A DNA stretch of 64,000 nt, taken from contig CAVYHM010000044.1 of assembly GCA_963768265.1 (NCBI GenBank), positions 212,206 to 276,205 on the forward strand, read 5' to 3'. This DNA comes from an uncultured Acidobacteriaceae bacterium (GTDB lineage: Bacteria > Acidobacteriota > Terriglobia > Terriglobales > Acidobacteriaceae). A program made the position numbers and the translations under genes. Below are positions 48,770-58,368 of the stretch, piece after piece (positions within the stretch are counted from its first letter, which is position 1; every line of letters begins with the position of its first letter). The notes under the pieces were generated by a model that searched no databases, was not told the DNA's origin, and worked only from the letters and a program-made list of their open reading frames with translations.

Positions 48770-49759
48770 ATGATTACAAAACCAAGTATTCTCGAAGGCG
48801 TGAAAACCAACGGAAAAATCGCGTCTTTCCCCAAGCCCGCCAAAGGTGACGGGCCGAGCCAACCATGCTCAGCCAAGTTGGCCAGTTTACTCGCCGCCTA
48901 TGCTCCTCACGACGGCAGTTTTGAACTGCGCATCCCTGGATTGCACGCCAGCCGCTATTCCCGAGTCAACAGCGAGTGTGTGCATGCCCTCGGCTTGCCC
49001 TCGTTGTGCATCGCCGCACAAGGAGCGAAGACCGTTATCGTTGGGCAGGATGTGTACGAGTACGACGGCACGCGCATGATCGTCTTTTCCGTGGCTGTGC
49101 CAGTCGCGGCCCAGATCACGCAGGCCAGCCATTCCGAACCGTACCTCGCGCTCAAGTTGGACCTCGACCCGCACAAGATTGCCGGGCTGGTCTTGCGGGT
49201 CTTTCCTCACGGCTTGCCTCCTGCTCAGGAGAGAAGCGGGGTCTATGTCACTCCGGTCGATGACAGCATTGTCAACGCCGCTACGAGATTGATGGAATGC
49301 CTGGCAGGGCCCGGCGATGCGGAACTCCTCGCTCCGGTGGTGATGGATGAGATTCTGATCCGGCTCCTGCGCAGCCCCATCGGTGTCCGCGTGGCTCAAA
49401 TGGGCTTTGCCGAGTCCAGCGTGCAGCGAATTGCGAAGGCGATTTCCTGGCTGCGTGAGAACTACTGTCAACCCATGAAGGTGGAAAAACTGGCCGGGCT
49501 GGTGCACATGAGCGTGTCCTCTTTCCACGAGCACTTCAAGTCCGTCACTTCGATGAGCCCACTGCACTATCAGAAGGTGCTGCGCCTGCAGGAGGCGAGG
49601 CGTCTGATGTTGTCGACCATGATGGATGCGGGCGCTGCGAGTCAGCACGTGGGCTATCTAAGCTCTTCGCAGTTCAGCCGTGAATACAGCCGCTTTTTCG
49701 GAAGTCCGCCAACCAGAGACATCGCCAGATTGCGTCAAGAGACTCGACTGTGGGCGTGA
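48770..49759 (+). CDS. AraC family transcriptional regulator
   Basis: C-terminal double HTH: VEKLAGLVHMSVSSFHEHFKSVTSMSPLHYQKVLRLQEARRLM...GYLSSSQFSREYSRFFGSPP. Confidence 0.85.
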   Translation: MITKPSILEGVKTNGKIASFPKPAKGDGPSQPCSAKLASLLAAYAPHDGSFELRIPGLHASRYSRVNSECVHALGLPSLCIAAQGAKTVIVGQDVYEYDGTRMIVFSVAVPVAAQITQASHSEPYLALKLDLDPHKIAGLVLRVFPHGLPPAQERSGVYVTPVDDSIVNAATRLMECLAGPGDAELLAPVVMDEILIRLLRSPIGVRVAQMGFAESSVQRIAKAISWLRENYCQPMKVEKLAGLVHMSVSSFHEHFKSVTSMSPLHYQKVLRLQEARRLMLSTMMDAGAASQHVGYLSSSQFSREYSRFFGSPPTRDIARLRQETRLWA

Positions 49760-49819
49760 CCCAATTCGTCGATTGCGGTATCTTTACCCGCGAGGCACTC
49801 GATCTGAATTGGTGATGAA

Positions 49820-50362
49820 ATGACCGAACTCGCGCGCTGGGCGAACTTCTTCGTGATCGTGGGATCTTCGGCCGGAGCCCTGATCGGCTTGCAGTTCGTG
49901 GTCATCACTCTGGTCGCCACCATGCCCCACACACCAGGCCAGGAGCAAGCCGGCGGCGCATATGCGACGCCCACCATCGTTCATTTCGGATCCGTGCTGC
50001 TACTCTCGGCCGTCCTGAGCGCTCCCTGGCACGCCATTGTCGGAGCTTCGGTGATTTGTTTCCTGCTAGGCCTCGGTGGACTTGCGTATGCCATCATCGT
50101 GGCTCGGCGTCTGCGAGTGCAAACCGCATATCAGCCCGTATTCGAAGACTGGTTGTTTCATGCTCTGCTGCCCTTCGTGGCGTACGCCCTGCTTGCTGTA
50201 TCGGCATACGCGGCTCGCGCCCATTTGTACGTGCCTATGTTTGGCATCGCAGCGGCTGCGCTGTTGTTGCTCTTCACAGGCATTCACAACGCCTGGGACG
50301 CCGTTACCTACTACGTCTTTGTCAAGAAGCCGCAACATGAGGAGGCTAAGCAGGCTCGCTGA
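49820..50362 (+). CDS. Hypothetical integral membrane protein (4-5 TM)
   Basis: Hydrophobic segments FFVIVGSSAGALIGLQFVVITLV, FGSVLLLSAVL, VICFLLGLGGLAYAII, LLPFVAYALLAV, FGIAAAALLLLFTGI. Confidence 0.5.
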   Translation: MTELARWANFFVIVGSSAGALIGLQFVVITLVATMPHTPGQEQAGGAYATPTIVHFGSVLLLSAVLSAPWHAIVGASVICFLLGLGGLAYAIIVARRLRVQTAYQPVFEDWLFHALLPFVAYALLAVSAYAARAHLYVPMFGIAAAALLLLFTGIHNAWDAVTYYVFVKKPQHEEAKQAR

Positions 50363-50524
50363 CTGAGTCATTGATATCGGAAGCAGTTGCCAGTAGTGCA
50401 CGAGAGTAATTTGCCACCACAGGCCGGTTCATAGAACCCTAAAATGGCAACCGGACGGCTAAGGGATTACACTTGTCGGTAATGAGTCAGTGCCATCCGC
50501 GCCGACTATTAGGAGGGTGAGACT

Positions 50525-51292
50525 ATGTCGCCCTTGGTTTACCGCCCGATTTTCAATAAACTCCTCATCGTCGTTTCCTGCAGTCTCGCCGTTTGTGCCT
50601 CCACTAGGTCGGCTTTGGCACAGCACCCAGCCGGTCGCACTGGAGGAGTACTTCATATGCCGGCCCCACCGGTTCCCCACGTTCCGACTTCTTCAGCGCC
50701 CATGATCCACGCACCGATTATCTACGCACCGATTTCCACTCCTCGAATCTCGATAACCCCGTCTGGGGGCGGACCCGGCACAGCTGTTTTTCTCCCTCCT
50801 CGGCGTCCGATTCGCCGATTTCCGCCAGTGTTGGTCGTTTACGAATCCCCCTTTCTTTTCGGCGGACCATTCTGGGGAATGAACTCCTGTGGGGCGGCAA
50901 CCTGTGACCTCTTCTGGTTCTGGACGCTCGGTTCGACCACGGTTTCCTCACCTGGTCCAACAAACTATATTTCGCAGGTGAACGAGACTCCGGTGTACGT
51001 CTACGGTGAAGAGAGACCCGACCTGCCGCAGCTCTTCTTGAAAGATGGGACGATTCTCAGCGTGACCGATTACTGGGTTGTCGATAACCAGCTTCATTTC
51101 ACGATGATTGAAGAGAATGGTGCGAAACCATCGGAACACGTGATTCCTTTCGACACGCTGGATCTGCAAACCACCGTTGACGCAAACACGCGGAGAGGTT
51201 TCCGCTTTATGCTACGTAACGAACCATTCCAGCAATATTTGCGCGACCATCCCGAAGGCCCGCCTCCCACCGTAACGCCCCCTCGTGGGTAG
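50525..51292 (+). CDS. Hypothetical secreted protein with a Pro-rich N-terminal half
   Basis: GGAGGG RBS, signal-like LLIVVSCSLAVCASTRSALA, and a Pro-rich linker. No family recognised. Confidence 0.45.
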   Translation: MSPLVYRPIFNKLLIVVSCSLAVCASTRSALAQHPAGRTGGVLHMPAPPVPHVPTSSAPMIHAPIIYAPISTPRISITPSGGGPGTAVFLPPRRPIRRFPPVLVVYESPFLFGGPFWGMNSCGAATCDLFWFWTLGSTTVSSPGPTNYISQVNETPVYVYGEERPDLPQLFLKDGTILSVTDYWVVDNQLHFTMIEENGAKPSEHVIPFDTLDLQTTVDANTRRGFRFMLRNEPFQQYLRDHPEGPPPTVTPPRG

Positions 51293-51481
51293 ATCGAATT
51301 TGTCGTCAGTAGCCTCTGCTGAGGACTCGGAAGGGGATGTCCCTTCGGCGTGATACGAATTCCCGTGGCGCCCCACTATTAGATCGGGAAAGTGGACGGG
51401 GCGGGCGAATTCGCTCGATGAACTCCCTCACGGCAACGCGCCGCGTGCCAAAGCCCTGTCTCCCACAGGAGAGCAAAAACG

Positions 51482-52441
51482 ATGTTCTGTATCTCAGCCT
51501 ACTCCCGACTTCTCAAGTCGATCGCCCTCACCATGATTGTTGCTGGCCTGAACGCGGCCCAAGCTCAAAGCCCAGCTGGACCAAACCGCCCGGCGACAGT
51601 TCCGGCAGGTTATGTCATCACGCCATTCGGTTACTTCCATCCCAGCTGCGTCGCGCACTTGGCTAAAGGTGATGAAGTGCGGCAAGATGAAAAGGCCATC
51701 CGGCACGCGAATGGTACCTCCGAGAACATCCATGTGTGCGCCTATCCCCATTTCAAAGCTGACGGAGAAAAGGTCATCGGGGATGAGCGGGCGGTTAAGG
51801 AGCCCACGATCGGCCATGCCTGGGTCGAATATGCGGGCACAACCACCACTTCCTCCTATGGCGAACTGTCTGCCTACTGGAACGTTCCCCCGGCGCCGAG
51901 CACCAACCACGGCCAGACCGTATACCTTTTTCCTGGGCTGGAGGATTACAAGGATGTTGTGACGATCATTCAGCCTGTCTTGGGGTGGAACTCCGATTAC
52001 GCCTCAGCGTGGGGCATCGCCAGTTGGAATTGCTGCGCGAGCGGCACTGTCTTTGAGGCCCCGCCGACGAGAGTCAATTCCGGAGATGTGATTTTCGGCT
52101 ATATGTTCGACACCTGTGCTGCGGGAACACTGTCCTGCCCCACATGGGACATTGTTACCTGGGATCTAACCTCGGGAAACTTCTCTGAGCTGCTCAATAC
52201 CTCGAGTCAGGGGCAGACCTTCAATTGGGCCTTTGCCGGCGCTCTGGAGGTCTATAACATCGTCCAGTGCGGCGATTACCCCTCCAATGGCTCAATCGCT
52301 TTTTATAACCTGGGGCTCTTCAACGACAGCTTTGTCAAGATCGCCAACCCGGCCTGGTCCGTAACCAACCTGTCTTCTGGATTGACTCCACAATGCAGCT
52401 ACGGCGGATCATTGCCGAAGCAGGTAACTCTCAAGTATTGA
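51482..52441 (+). CDS. Secreted protein, possibly a peptidase G1 (eqolisin)-like / concanavalin-like fold
   Basis: Signal peptide. The order of blocks WNVPPAPS, LFPGLED...IIQPVLGW, ASWNC, SGDVIFGY, WDLTSG and AGALEVYNI parallels my memory of the glutamic peptidase layout (F.VP, WVGIDG..ILQTG, AWYEW, GD.I, N.T.G, AEWIVE). This is weak evidence. Confidence 0.3.
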   Translation: MFCISAYSRLLKSIALTMIVAGLNAAQAQSPAGPNRPATVPAGYVITPFGYFHPSCVAHLAKGDEVRQDEKAIRHANGTSENIHVCAYPHFKADGEKVIGDERAVKEPTIGHAWVEYAGTTTTSSYGELSAYWNVPPAPSTNHGQTVYLFPGLEDYKDVVTIIQPVLGWNSDYASAWGIASWNCCASGTVFEAPPTRVNSGDVIFGYMFDTCAAGTLSCPTWDIVTWDLTSGNFSELLNTSSQGQTFNWAFAGALEVYNIVQCGDYPSNGSIAFYNLGLFNDSFVKIANPAWSVTNLSSGLTPQCSYGGSLPKQVTLKY

Positions 52442-52939
52442 TCCACCTCTTCATTTAGGTGTGGGGTATCCGGGAATCCAGCTCCAACTCCGCCGGGTGC
52501 CCCACTCTCCATGCAGCGCAGGAGTGGTGCGACACAGATTGGTTCAAAACGCACGCGTTCCCGATCAAACTCAAAAACGGCCTCCTCACTTCATCCAGAC
52601 TGTAAACAGACCTGCGCCGTCCATGCTCCATGATCCTACACCGCCCAAGTCGACCATTTTCATAGCCCCAGGCGCACGTGTAACCCAAACCCACTTGCCA
52701 AGAGCGTCACCGTTGGAAGTGATACCAGTCACTGCATCCCCTACGGAGTCTCCTCCATACTTGCATCATGGAACCGACGGTGGATGGAGCGGAGTTTGTG
52801 TACGCCGTCTTGTACCGAATGCGAGACCAGGTGTCCACAAAGCTGTGATCAGCCATCAGAGCATGCAGAAACGGTACGGACAACGCATGAAAATCGGAGT
52901 CAATAGGAACTTTGTCAGTCTAATGTTCGTAGCTTAGTT

Positions 52940-54184
52940 ATGAGGCGATTTCTCAGCAGCTTCGACGAGGTTTTGCGTGCCATGTGGACGCACAAACTTC
53001 GCTCCTTCCTCACCATGTTTGGTATTGCCTGGGGAGTGGGGTCGCTGCTGCTTCTGGTTGGATTAGGAGAGGGTTTTCGCGCGGGAACCGCCAAGAGTAT
53101 GGCGAGCTTCGGCGAAGACTTCATGCAGATTTACAACGGTCGAGTGCCGGCGGTTGGTGGCAGCCAGCTTTCGTCTCGCCAGTACTACCTGAACTACCAG
53201 GACTATTTGGATATTCGCAACTCGCAGTTTGTTCGTAATGCTTCGCCTATAATCTACCGCGGCGACCTTCGCCTGGTGAGCGAGTATGGCAGTAGCAACG
53301 GCTATGTGGACGGTGCCGAGCCGCAGTTCTCTGACATTCGCTACCAACCGATCGACCAGGGGCGCGCTTTAAATTGGAACGACGAACGCGAGCGCCACAA
53401 TGTCTGCGTGATCGGAAGCGAATTTGTGCGCATACTGTTCCCCGGTCGGCCAGCGGTAGGCAGCACACTGCTGATAAATGGCGTGCCGTTCGAGGTGGCG
53501 GGCACGATGCAGAAGGTGGGTCATGGCAACAACAATGGCCAGAACATGCGGCTGATCATGCCTTATGCCACCATGGCTACCTATTTCCCGATGCAGGGAG
53601 CCGGCAACGCAAAGGCGGTCAAGTACGTGGTCTACCAGCCGATCACACGGGAGCAGCACACGCAAGCCAAGAAGGCCGTGCGGAGTATCGTGGCAAGAAA
53701 CCATGGCTTTGATCCCGAGACACCCGACGCCTTTGACGATTGGGACTCGATCGCCAGCGCCGAAATGGTCGGTAAAATCTCCGATGCCATGGATACGTTT
53801 CTGGGAGCCGTCGGTCTGGTGACACTCGGTCTGGGCGCAATCGGAGTTATCAACATTATGCTGGTGTCGGTAACGGAGCGCACCCGGGAGATCGGCCTGC
53901 GCAAGGCTTTGGGCGCGACCAAACGCAACATCTTGTTCCAGTTCTTTTTGGAAGGGCTGATGCTTACTGGAATCAGCGGCGCCATTGGCGTGGGCGCAGC
54001 CTACGTGGCCACCAAGCTATTCGGACTTGTGCCGCCGATCGATGGATTCGAATTGCCTCACATTTACCCAGCGGCAGCTGTGCTCGCCATGGGCAGCCTT
54101 GCCTTGGCTGGCATTATCGCCGGACTTTATCCCGCGCGGCGGGCGGCCGTACTCCAGCCCGTGGAAGCCCTTCGTCAGGAGTAA
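52940..54184 (+). CDS. MacB-type ABC transporter permease (MacB_PCD + FtsX domains), no ATPase domain
   Basis: N-terminal TM LRSFLTMFGIAWGVGSLLLLV, a large periplasmic domain, and a C-terminal FtsX block VSVTERTREIGLRKALGA...PARRAAVLQPVEALRQE. Confidence 0.8.
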   Translation: MRRFLSSFDEVLRAMWTHKLRSFLTMFGIAWGVGSLLLLVGLGEGFRAGTAKSMASFGEDFMQIYNGRVPAVGGSQLSSRQYYLNYQDYLDIRNSQFVRNASPIIYRGDLRLVSEYGSSNGYVDGAEPQFSDIRYQPIDQGRALNWNDERERHNVCVIGSEFVRILFPGRPAVGSTLLINGVPFEVAGTMQKVGHGNNNGQNMRLIMPYATMATYFPMQGAGNAKAVKYVVYQPITREQHTQAKKAVRSIVARNHGFDPETPDAFDDWDSIASAEMVGKISDAMDTFLGAVGLVTLGLGAIGVINIMLVSVTERTREIGLRKALGATKRNILFQFFLEGLMLTGISGAIGVGAAYVATKLFGLVPPIDGFELPHIYPAAAVLAMGSLALAGIIAGLYPARRAAVLQPVEALRQE

Positions 54185-54187
54185 CGA

Positions 54188-55441
54188 ATGATCCGGGGGA
54201 AAGATCTGTTCTCGGAAGCGTATACATCGCTCAGGCAGAACCGTCGCCGAAGTGCGTTAACCATGCTGGGTATGGCCTGGGGGATCGCCACCGTGGTGCT
54301 GTTGCTGGCCTATGGCACGGGTTTCTCAACGGCCATCGTCAACATATTCCGGAGCTATGCCAGCATGGCGGCGATGGGCATCGCGGGCGGGCGCACCTCG
54401 ATGCAGGCCGGAGGAAACAAGGCCGGTACCAGTGTCCGGTTGACCAGGGATGACATTGATCGGGTCGTGGTCAACGTGCCGGAAGTGACCCGCATAACTC
54501 CCGAATCGCTTTACGATGCGCCCGTCAGCTACGAGGGGCGTTCGTACATTTGGAGCGTTCATGGAGGCGATCCAGCGCTCCAGGAAATTCAGAACCTGCA
54601 ACTGGATCTCGGTCGTTTCTACGGTGCCGAAGATTTGCAATTGCGCGCGCGCGTCTGTGTGCTGGGCTCGGAATCCAGGGAAAAGCTATTTTCCGGCCGT
54701 TTCCCCTTGGACGAGAAGATTCGTATCAGCGGCATTCCTTACGAAGTAATCGGTGTGCTTAGGCCCAGACCCCAGGAAGGCACCGAGAACAGTATCAACC
54801 GCGTCGTCTACGTCCCGTTCACCGCCATGAGCGACTTCCGCAATACGCGCTACATCGACATGATCTGGCTAGATTTTCTTGGCTACAACTATGGAGGGGT
54901 CGAGAAGTCGGTTCGCAATACGCTGGCAGCACAACACAATTTTCGGGCCGACGATAAGCGGGCTCTGTTCGTTTTCACCATGATGGAGCAGCTTTCGCAA
55001 TTTCGCATCATTACTATGGCGCTGCAGGTGCTGCTTGCCTTTATTGGGACTCTGACGCTTGGTATCGGCGGCGTGGGACTCATGAACATCATGCTGGTGA
55101 GCGTAACCCAAAGAACGCGTGAGATCGGGGTGGAGAAGGCGTTGGGTGCTCGCCGCTTCGATATCCTGTTGCAGTTCTTGTGCGAGGCGCTCGCGATTAC
55201 TTTTTTGGGTGGCCTTCTAGGTATTGTGCTCGCCTACATCATTTCCCTCTCTGTGGGGAATCTCACCTTTTACAGTGCGCTTGCCCAGCACGGAGAGGCG
55301 GGCGACATTCGACTCATCATTTCACCAGCCAGCGTATTGGTTTCCACCGCAATCCTGGCGCTGGTGGGATTGGTCAGCGGCATGATTCCAGCAATACGCG
55401 CCGCACGTCTCGATCCTATTGAGGCATTGCGTTACGAATAG
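54188..55441 (+). CDS. MacB-type ABC transporter permease (second copy)
   Basis: Same architecture as the previous gene: VSVTQRTREIGVEKALGARR...AIRAARLDPIEALRYE. It starts 3 nt after the upstream stop. Confidence 0.8.
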   Translation: MIRGKDLFSEAYTSLRQNRRRSALTMLGMAWGIATVVLLLAYGTGFSTAIVNIFRSYASMAAMGIAGGRTSMQAGGNKAGTSVRLTRDDIDRVVVNVPEVTRITPESLYDAPVSYEGRSYIWSVHGGDPALQEIQNLQLDLGRFYGAEDLQLRARVCVLGSESREKLFSGRFPLDEKIRISGIPYEVIGVLRPRPQEGTENSINRVVYVPFTAMSDFRNTRYIDMIWLDFLGYNYGGVEKSVRNTLAAQHNFRADDKRALFVFTMMEQLSQFRIITMALQVLLAFIGTLTLGIGGVGLMNIMLVSVTQRTREIGVEKALGARRFDILLQFLCEALAITFLGGLLGIVLAYIISLSVGNLTFYSALAQHGEAGDIRLIISPASVLVSTAILALVGLVSGMIPAIRAARLDPIEALRYE

Positions 55442-55525
55442 GGCGTTTCCTCTAAAGCAAAGGATTGTACCCGCCCATCAAGTTGCCAACTCTGTTTGGC
55501 TTCTCTTCGATGATTGCCGGCTCAG

Positions 55526-56950
55526 CTAAAGAACATCGACTATGATAAGCGTAATGTCATCCTGCTGGTTCATTGCAGCAGGCCGCCACCTCTGGAGTTC
55601 ACAGAGCACTTGACGCGACACCTCGGACGCGGGCTGCATTCGATAATTGCGTACGACCCGTTCCAGTTCCCGGTCGCCAAACGCCTCCCCCGCGGCGTTC
55701 TCAGTTTCAGTCACGCCGTCGGTGTAGAGCAGGAACCGATCGGATGGTTCAAACGGTACACTGCACACCGGGTACTGAGAGTCAGGTGCGACTCCGAATA
55801 ACAGCCCGTTACTTTCGATGCGCTGCATCTCGCCCCTCGTATTCCGCCAGCACAGCAGCGGCGGATGTCCAGCAGCCGAGTAGAGCGCGCTGCGGTTCTC
55901 TGTGTCGATCCAAACATAAGCCGCCGAGGCAAACTGGCCGTGCGCTTCACTCGACAGGATGCGATTTAAGCCGCCAAGAACCTGCGCTGGATCATTGGCA
56001 TGGACGGCGACGGATTGGATTGCCACTTTGATCATCGAAGAGATGAGCGCGGCCGGCATTCCATGTCCAGAGACGTCTGCCAGAAGGATGCCGAGATGGT
56101 TGTTGTCTGGCTGGACGAACTGGTAGAAATCGCCCGCAACGGCGGTCATCGGATGATAAGAAGCAGCAATTCGAAGGTTCTCAAGTTCGGGAACACTCGC
56201 TGGAAGAATTGAAAACTGTATCTGCCGGGCCATCTCCAGTTCTGTCTCGATTAAAAGCAGACGGCGCTCGTTCGTGAACAATATTTCCAAGGCCACGTAC
56301 CCCAGCGAAAACAGGAGGGCAGCAAAGCCCAAGGAGTCAACCAAAGGCAGCGTGCGATAGTGCAACACAGACGACAAGTTGGTGTATAGGACTTCCAAGG
56401 CAAAAATGAGCGTAGCGGCTGCCAAGACGCGGTGATTCGGTACAACGAGGAATTTGGAAAACTTTGGAACTAACACGACGGCTAATAAGACAAGCATGGC
56501 AAGGACTGCGAGCAGGTTGTTGTAGAACATCCATTTGTCGGCTGGGCCACCGAGGACGAACGTGGCAATACCTATCAAAGCGATCGTCAGTCCCGCGAGA
56601 ATTTCCAGGTGCATGAGGAGCCTGAGCTTGCCGAGGCTCAGTTCTCGCCAGGCGCACAAGGCAGAGACCAAGAGCAGGTACATGACCGCCGTACTCACGT
56701 AGGGAGTGGCAGACTTGAGGGCGTGCGGCAGAACCTCCACCACCAGGGGCGTCTGGACCAGTTTTTGGAGGCCGTATATCCCGCTCCATATTCCTAACCA
56801 GACGAGGATGGGACCGCCCTTACGCCAGCGGATCGCCGCGATCGCGCAGGCGGTCGCTCCAATGGTCAAGAAAAGGGTTCCCACGACGACATCGATCACC
56901 TCGCCGCGGAGCGTTTGCAGAGCCGCATCTGCCGTGTTCATGCCAATCAT
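55526..56950 (-). CDS. Membrane-bound PP2C-type (SpoIIE/RsbU family) protein phosphatase
   Basis: About 230 aa with multiple TM segments, then ARQIQFSILP...AGDFYQF...ILLADVSGHGMPAAL...LLYTDGVTE. Confidence 0.8.
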   Translation of the reverse strand: MIGMNTADAALQTLRGEVIDVVVGTLFLTIGATACAIAAIRWRKGGPILVWLGIWSGIYGLQKLVQTPLVVEVLPHALKSATPYVSTAVMYLLLVSALCAWRELSLGKLRLLMHLEILAGLTIALIGIATFVLGGPADKWMFYNNLLAVLAMLVLLAVVLVPKFSKFLVVPNHRVLAAATLIFALEVLYTNLSSVLHYRTLPLVDSLGFAALLFSLGYVALEILFTNERRLLLIETELEMARQIQFSILPASVPELENLRIAASYHPMTAVAGDFYQFVQPDNNHLGILLADVSGHGMPAALISSMIKVAIQSVAVHANDPAQVLGGLNRILSSEAHGQFASAAYVWIDTENRSALYSAAGHPPLLCWRNTRGEMQRIESNGLLFGVAPDSQYPVCSVPFEPSDRFLLYTDGVTETENAAGEAFGDRELERVVRNYRMQPASEVSRQVLCELQRWRPAAMNQQDDITLIIVDVL

Positions 56951-57206
56951 CTAACATGATCTTATTCTTTGAGCCGTCCTCCGGCGCAGGATTGTAAGTG
57001 GCGCGAACCGGCGACGTAGCTCATCGATTCTCGTTGCCCGGTATGGGACAGGAGCCGAACACGCATACGAAACCCTGCCCAGGGTGAACGAACTCCGGCC
57101 GGAACCGCTCTGCAGTTCTAGGGTGGGGTGTAGGAACATTCCCGGCTCGAAGGTGTCCCTACCAAAAGGATTTGCTTCTTCAACAAATTCACCAGCACCT
57201 ATCCAG

Positions 57207-58241
57207 TCAGGGCACCTGAGCGCCCTGGGTCTCGACGTAGACTGCGTACAGAGATTGGCTCGCCGCCATGAATAACCGGTTTTTCCTGGCGCCGCCGAAG
57301 CAGAGGTTGGCGCAGGTCTCCGGAAGATGGATCTTGCCGATCAGGGTGCCGTCGGGCGCGAAAACATGTACTCCGTTGTAGCCTTCCCCGGCCCACCCGG
57401 CGGCGGACCAGACGTTGCCGTCCACGTCGCACCGGATTCCATCGGACGAGCCCGGCGCCATATTCACAAAAAGCCGGCCATTCTTCAGTCGCTCACCATC
57501 CACGACGTCATAGACGCGAATCGGACGCGGGTCGCCGGGATGCTTTGGAATTCCCGTATCCACGATGTAGAGCTTTTTCTCGTCAGGAGAGAAACACAAG
57601 CCGTTGGGTTTATCCATGTCGTCGGCCACGACGGTCGCCTGGCCCGTTTTCGGATCGAGCCGGTAAACGTTGGCGGGCAGCTCGAAGGTGGCCTTGTGTC
57701 CTTCGTAATTCGTCATGATGCCATAGCCCGGATCGCTGAACCAGATGGCCCCGTCAGAGTGCACCACCAGATCATTCGGCGCGTTGAGCAACTTCCCTTG
57801 AAAATGATCCATGAGCACGGTGATGGTGCCGTCCGATTCGGTTCGCGTAACCCGGCGCGTGTCGTGCTCGCACGTGAGCAGCCGGCCCTGGCGGTCGCGG
57901 AAGTTGCCGTTGCTGTAGTTCGAAGGGCTGCGGAAAACGCTGACCTCTCCGGTGTCCTCAAGCCAGCGCAGCATTCGGTTGTTGGGGATGTCACTGAAAA
58001 GCAAATACCGGCCATCGGCAACCCATACCGGCCCTTCCGCCCATCGCGTGCCGGTATACAAGCGCTCGACCGCGGCGTTGATAACTTTGTATTTTGCGAA
58101 GCGCGGATCGACCACTTCAACCGCAGGATCGGGATAGACCACCGGATTTTTCTGCGCCTGCTCCTCAGCCCGCGCCCAAGGTTTCACGGCCAGCGCGGTC
58201 GCGGCGCCGGCCGTCATGTTCAGGAATGTTCGTCTATGCAT
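57207..58241 (-). CDS. SMP-30/gluconolactonase/LRE family protein, Tat-exported
   Basis: MHRRTFLNMTAGAATALAVKPWARA, then the propeller blocks EGPVW, NDLVVHSDGAIWFSDP, PNGLCFSPDEKKLYI and DG.RCDVDGNVW. Start chosen at 58241. Confidence 0.8.
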   Translation of the reverse strand: MHRRTFLNMTAGAATALAVKPWARAEEQAQKNPVVYPDPAVEVVDPRFAKYKVINAAVERLYTGTRWAEGPVWVADGRYLLFSDIPNNRMLRWLEDTGEVSVFRSPSNYSNGNFRDRQGRLLTCEHDTRRVTRTESDGTITVLMDHFQGKLLNAPNDLVVHSDGAIWFSDPGYGIMTNYEGHKATFELPANVYRLDPKTGQATVVADDMDKPNGLCFSPDEKKLYIVDTGIPKHPGDPRPIRVYDVVDGERLKNGRLFVNMAPGSSDGIRCDVDGNVWSAAGWAGEGYNGVHVFAPDGTLIGKIHLPETCANLCFGGARKNRLFMAASQSLYAVYVETQGAQVP

Positions 58242-58368
58242 CGGTTTCCCTCTCTGGCAAGGAAATCTGTTCCGTGGCACATTAACACGGCCTTTTCTGC
58301 GGCGGAATAGCGATTCCCGGGGTCTCCAGGCGGTGTAGCCGGCAAGACGATACAATTGCTGGATTCCG

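Noticed and set aside
52455-52937. ORFs of 79 aa (minus strand) and 158 aa (plus strand). The minus-strand frame continues through one in-frame TGA, raising the question of a selenoprotein or pseudogene.
   Set aside because: Both translations are rich in Arg, Trp, Cys and His with no motifs. There is no CxxU-like context or recognisable SECIS-type hairpin. I treat the region as non-coding or decayed, as noted under the permease finding.
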